A stretch of 38,161 bases of DNA, taken from Lachnospiraceae bacterium (lineage in GTDB: Bacteria; Bacillota; Clostridia; Lachnospirales; Lachnospiraceae). The notes under the pieces were generated by a model that did not search any database, was not told the origin of the DNA, and saw only the letters and a list, made by a program, of their open reading frames with translations. The stretch's first letter is position 1, and every line of letters starts with the position of its first letter. A program made the translations under genes and the position numbers. Shown in pieces: positions 36,086 to 38,161 of the stretch. The stretch covers positions 1 to 38,161 of the forward strand of contig JAFPDA010000008.1 in assembly GCA_017425575.1 (NCBI GenBank), in the 5' to 3' direction.

Positions 36086-37780
36086 CTATCCTATCAGAAC
36101 CCTCTTGCCCTCAAATGCAAATCCATACTTCCTGATATTCTCTGATGGAATTCCTTTTGCAGTCAGATTTGCCTCATACCCTTTTTCTTCAATCTGGGCA
36201 AGAGCCGCAGCCACTGTATCCTTCAGTGTAGGTTCATCATCCCTGTCGTATACCTTGAACTCCAGAATAAAAGCAGGATTCTTTTTTGTATCCTTCGGCT
36301 CTATCATTACATCATAACGGCCAAAACCGCTCTCACGGTTAGATGTCACAGTATAATCTCCTGCCAAGTCTACAAGCAGTCCTAACACAAAACCATGATA
36401 AAAACGTTCAGGGTCTTCATAAGATGGATTTCTGCCCGTGTCAAAATAGCTGAAGGTCTGTAATGCTACTCTGTTCATATAGACATTCATAGCTTTTAAA
36501 TCACCAAGAAGTAATGCCTTTACAAAATTATTGTATTCCACTTTAGTCTGATTGAACCAGCCCCTTACCATACCACAAAACATCATCTTTACTTCATTAT
36601 TTGTCAAAGCCAATTCATACAAGGGATATCCCATCAGCTCCATCTTATCCATCGGCTCATAGTCAAGCACCTTAAGATAACCACTTGCCAGCAAAAGACT
36701 AAATACCGCATCACTATCACTATCCAGCTGATTATACACAATCTGTTCATCTACAGGACAATGAATACTTTTGCCTTTCAACAAATTTTCAAAAGCATTT
36801 TTAATCCCCGCATCACCTTCTCTTACCAACTTATTCACCAGACCATTACTACTGGTATTGGCCCAGTATATGCCTATTTTTCCTGTATCAAGAAAATTTA
36901 GAATAGACCACGGATTGTAAATATCCGTGGTACTTCCAAACGTAAATCCATCATACCATCGTTTTACTAATTCTTTCTTATCTCTATATCCATATTCGTC
37001 CAGTGCACCAAACACTTCTTGCTCTGTAAACCCAAATGCTGCAGCGTACTCATCTGAAGTAGTGGTCACTACTTTTAAATTATTCAAATCTGAAAAAATT
37101 GATTCCTTACTCACTCTTGTAATTCCTGTCATAACAGCTCTCTCAAGATAAGGATTTGTCTTAAATGTAGAGTTAAACAGACTTCTGGTAAAAGAGACAA
37201 GTTCATCCCAGAACCCGGTTACATACGCCTCCTGCATAGGAGTATCATATTCATCGAGAAGCATGATTACTTTTCTGCCATAATAACAATATAAAAATTC
37301 CGACAATTTGTGCAATGCCTTTGTTGCTACATACTCTGGCATATTCATACATACAGCATTATAAAATTCCACATCCGCACCCTGTATATATCCTTCTTGT
37401 ACCAAAAATCTGTGTTTTTGAAACAAATCTACAATAATCTGATAAATTTCCATCTTTACTGAATAAAAATCTGAGCTTTTGATATTAGCAAACGAAAGAC
37501 TTATCACCGGATATGTCCCCTGTAAATGCCTGTATTTTTCCTCCTGCCATATAGAAAGTCCCTCAAACAAATCTCCTCTGTCTTTGTAATCTACTGAAAA
37601 AAACTGTTCAAGCATACTCATATTCAAAGTTTTTCCAAACCTTCTAGGACGTGAAATAAGTGTTACCACATCTCCACTTTCCCACCATTCACGGATGAAA
37701 TCTGTCTTATCTATATAAAAATAGTTTCTCTCTCTTAGTGTATCAAAATTCTGTATTCCTATTGCAACCTTTCCTGTCAT
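36086..37780 (-). CDS. AAA-ATPase-like protein fused to a PD-(D/E)XK nuclease domain
   Basis: YYIDKT-like FYIDKT, Walker A RPRRFGKT, Walker B LLDEYD, WYDGF, YNPWS; C-terminal ERFYHG, SNRESGFGRYD, ILEFK, ALAQIEEKGY. Confidence 0.9.
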   Translation of the reverse strand: MTGKVAIGIQNFDTLRERNYFYIDKTDFIREWWESGDVVTLISRPRRFGKTLNMSMLEQFFSVDYKDRGDLFEGLSIWQEEKYRHLQGTYPVISLSFANIKSSDFYSVKMEIYQIIVDLFQKHRFLVQEGYIQGADVEFYNAVCMNMPEYVATKALHKLSEFLYCYYGRKVIMLLDEYDTPMQEAYVTGFWDELVSFTRSLFNSTFKTNPYLERAVMTGITRVSKESIFSDLNNLKVVTTTSDEYAAAFGFTEQEVFGALDEYGYRDKKELVKRWYDGFTFGSTTDIYNPWSILNFLDTGKIGIYWANTSSNGLVNKLVREGDAGIKNAFENLLKGKSIHCPVDEQIVYNQLDSDSDAVFSLLLASGYLKVLDYEPMDKMELMGYPLYELALTNNEVKMMFCGMVRGWFNQTKVEYNNFVKALLLGDLKAMNVYMNRVALQTFSYFDTGRNPSYEDPERFYHGFVLGLLVDLAGDYTVTSNRESGFGRYDVMIEPKDTKKNPAFILEFKVYDRDDEPTLKDTVAAALAQIEEKGYEANLTAKGIPSENIRKYGFAFEGKRVLIG

Positions 37781-37794
37781 AAGATACTCCTCTC

Positions 37795-37860
37795 AAACAA
37801 AAATCCGCTATACTACTCCAATTACCAATAGTATAGCGGATTCCATGTTTTAATACAATT
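37795..37860 (-). promoter_or_regulatory. Hairpin/promoter cassette, copy 2
   Basis: TTGTAT(37858-37853)-17-TATACT(37835-37830); perfect 14-bp inverted repeat AATCCGCTATACTA/TAGTATAGCGGATT. Confidence 0.72.
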
Positions 37861-38044
37861 AAAATACAAAGTTCCATTTTAATAATCTCTATTTTGCTTA
37901 TATATGTAAATCCTTTTTACAAAAAGCAACAATTCCTGATTAGGTTCTAAAAATCCAAAAACCTCCCCGCTGTCTACACTGATAGATAAATCAAAAATTC
38001 CTTTTCCAGAGCCATAATCTCTAGTATAACCCACGGCAATTAAC

Positions 38045-38161
38045 GGCCTGTTTCACTTGTCTAAATTTCCATCTGCTACGTTGTCGTCAATCGACGATGC
38101 CACCGCATCGCCTCATTCCTTCGCCTTGCAGAATGAAAACTTATCCTGCGTGAAACATATC
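38045..38161. repeat. Structured MITE-like intergenic element (may extend beyond the window)
   Basis: Terminal TGTTTCAC/GTGAAACA, inner TCTGC/GCAGA and CGATGC-cacc-GCATCG nested stems; GC-rich relative to its flanks. Confidence 0.6.

Noticed and set aside
33800-38161. Prophage or ICE
   Set aside because: No integrase, tRNA/att site, phage or conjugation genes in the window

Overview
Low-GC Bacillota chromosomal segment, most likely Lachnospiraceae (inferred from gene content and intergenic repeats). Nearly all genes are on the minus strand. From left to right: (1) a housekeeping operon with a histidine phosphatase, endonuclease IV, a YkgJ Cys-cluster protein and a partial S66 peptidase; (2) a dCache chemoreceptor; (3) a ~15-kb glucan-phosphorolysis locus, in which a maltodextrin system (ABC transporter, malQ, LacI, glgP/malP) is interrupted by two GH94 phosphorylases and two AraC regulators; (4) a spoIIA-sigF-spoVA cluster with a MATE transporter between spoVAB and spoVAC and no adjacent spoVAD/E; (5) TPR and FapA genes; (6) T-box-valS; (7) the L20-leader infC(AUU)-rpmI-rplT operon; (8) an accessory tail with a gene remnant, a Phd/RelE toxin-antitoxin pair, a GH43 and an AAA-PD-(D/E)XK gene. 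The most notable observations are the MATE in spoVA, an apparent ~130-aa in-frame deletion in the laminaribiose-phosphorylase-like gene, a 15-mer shared upstream of both GH94 genes, a duplicated hairpin/promoter cassette and several small inverted-repeat elements. All family calls come from motif recognition and recalled homologues; no database search was run.
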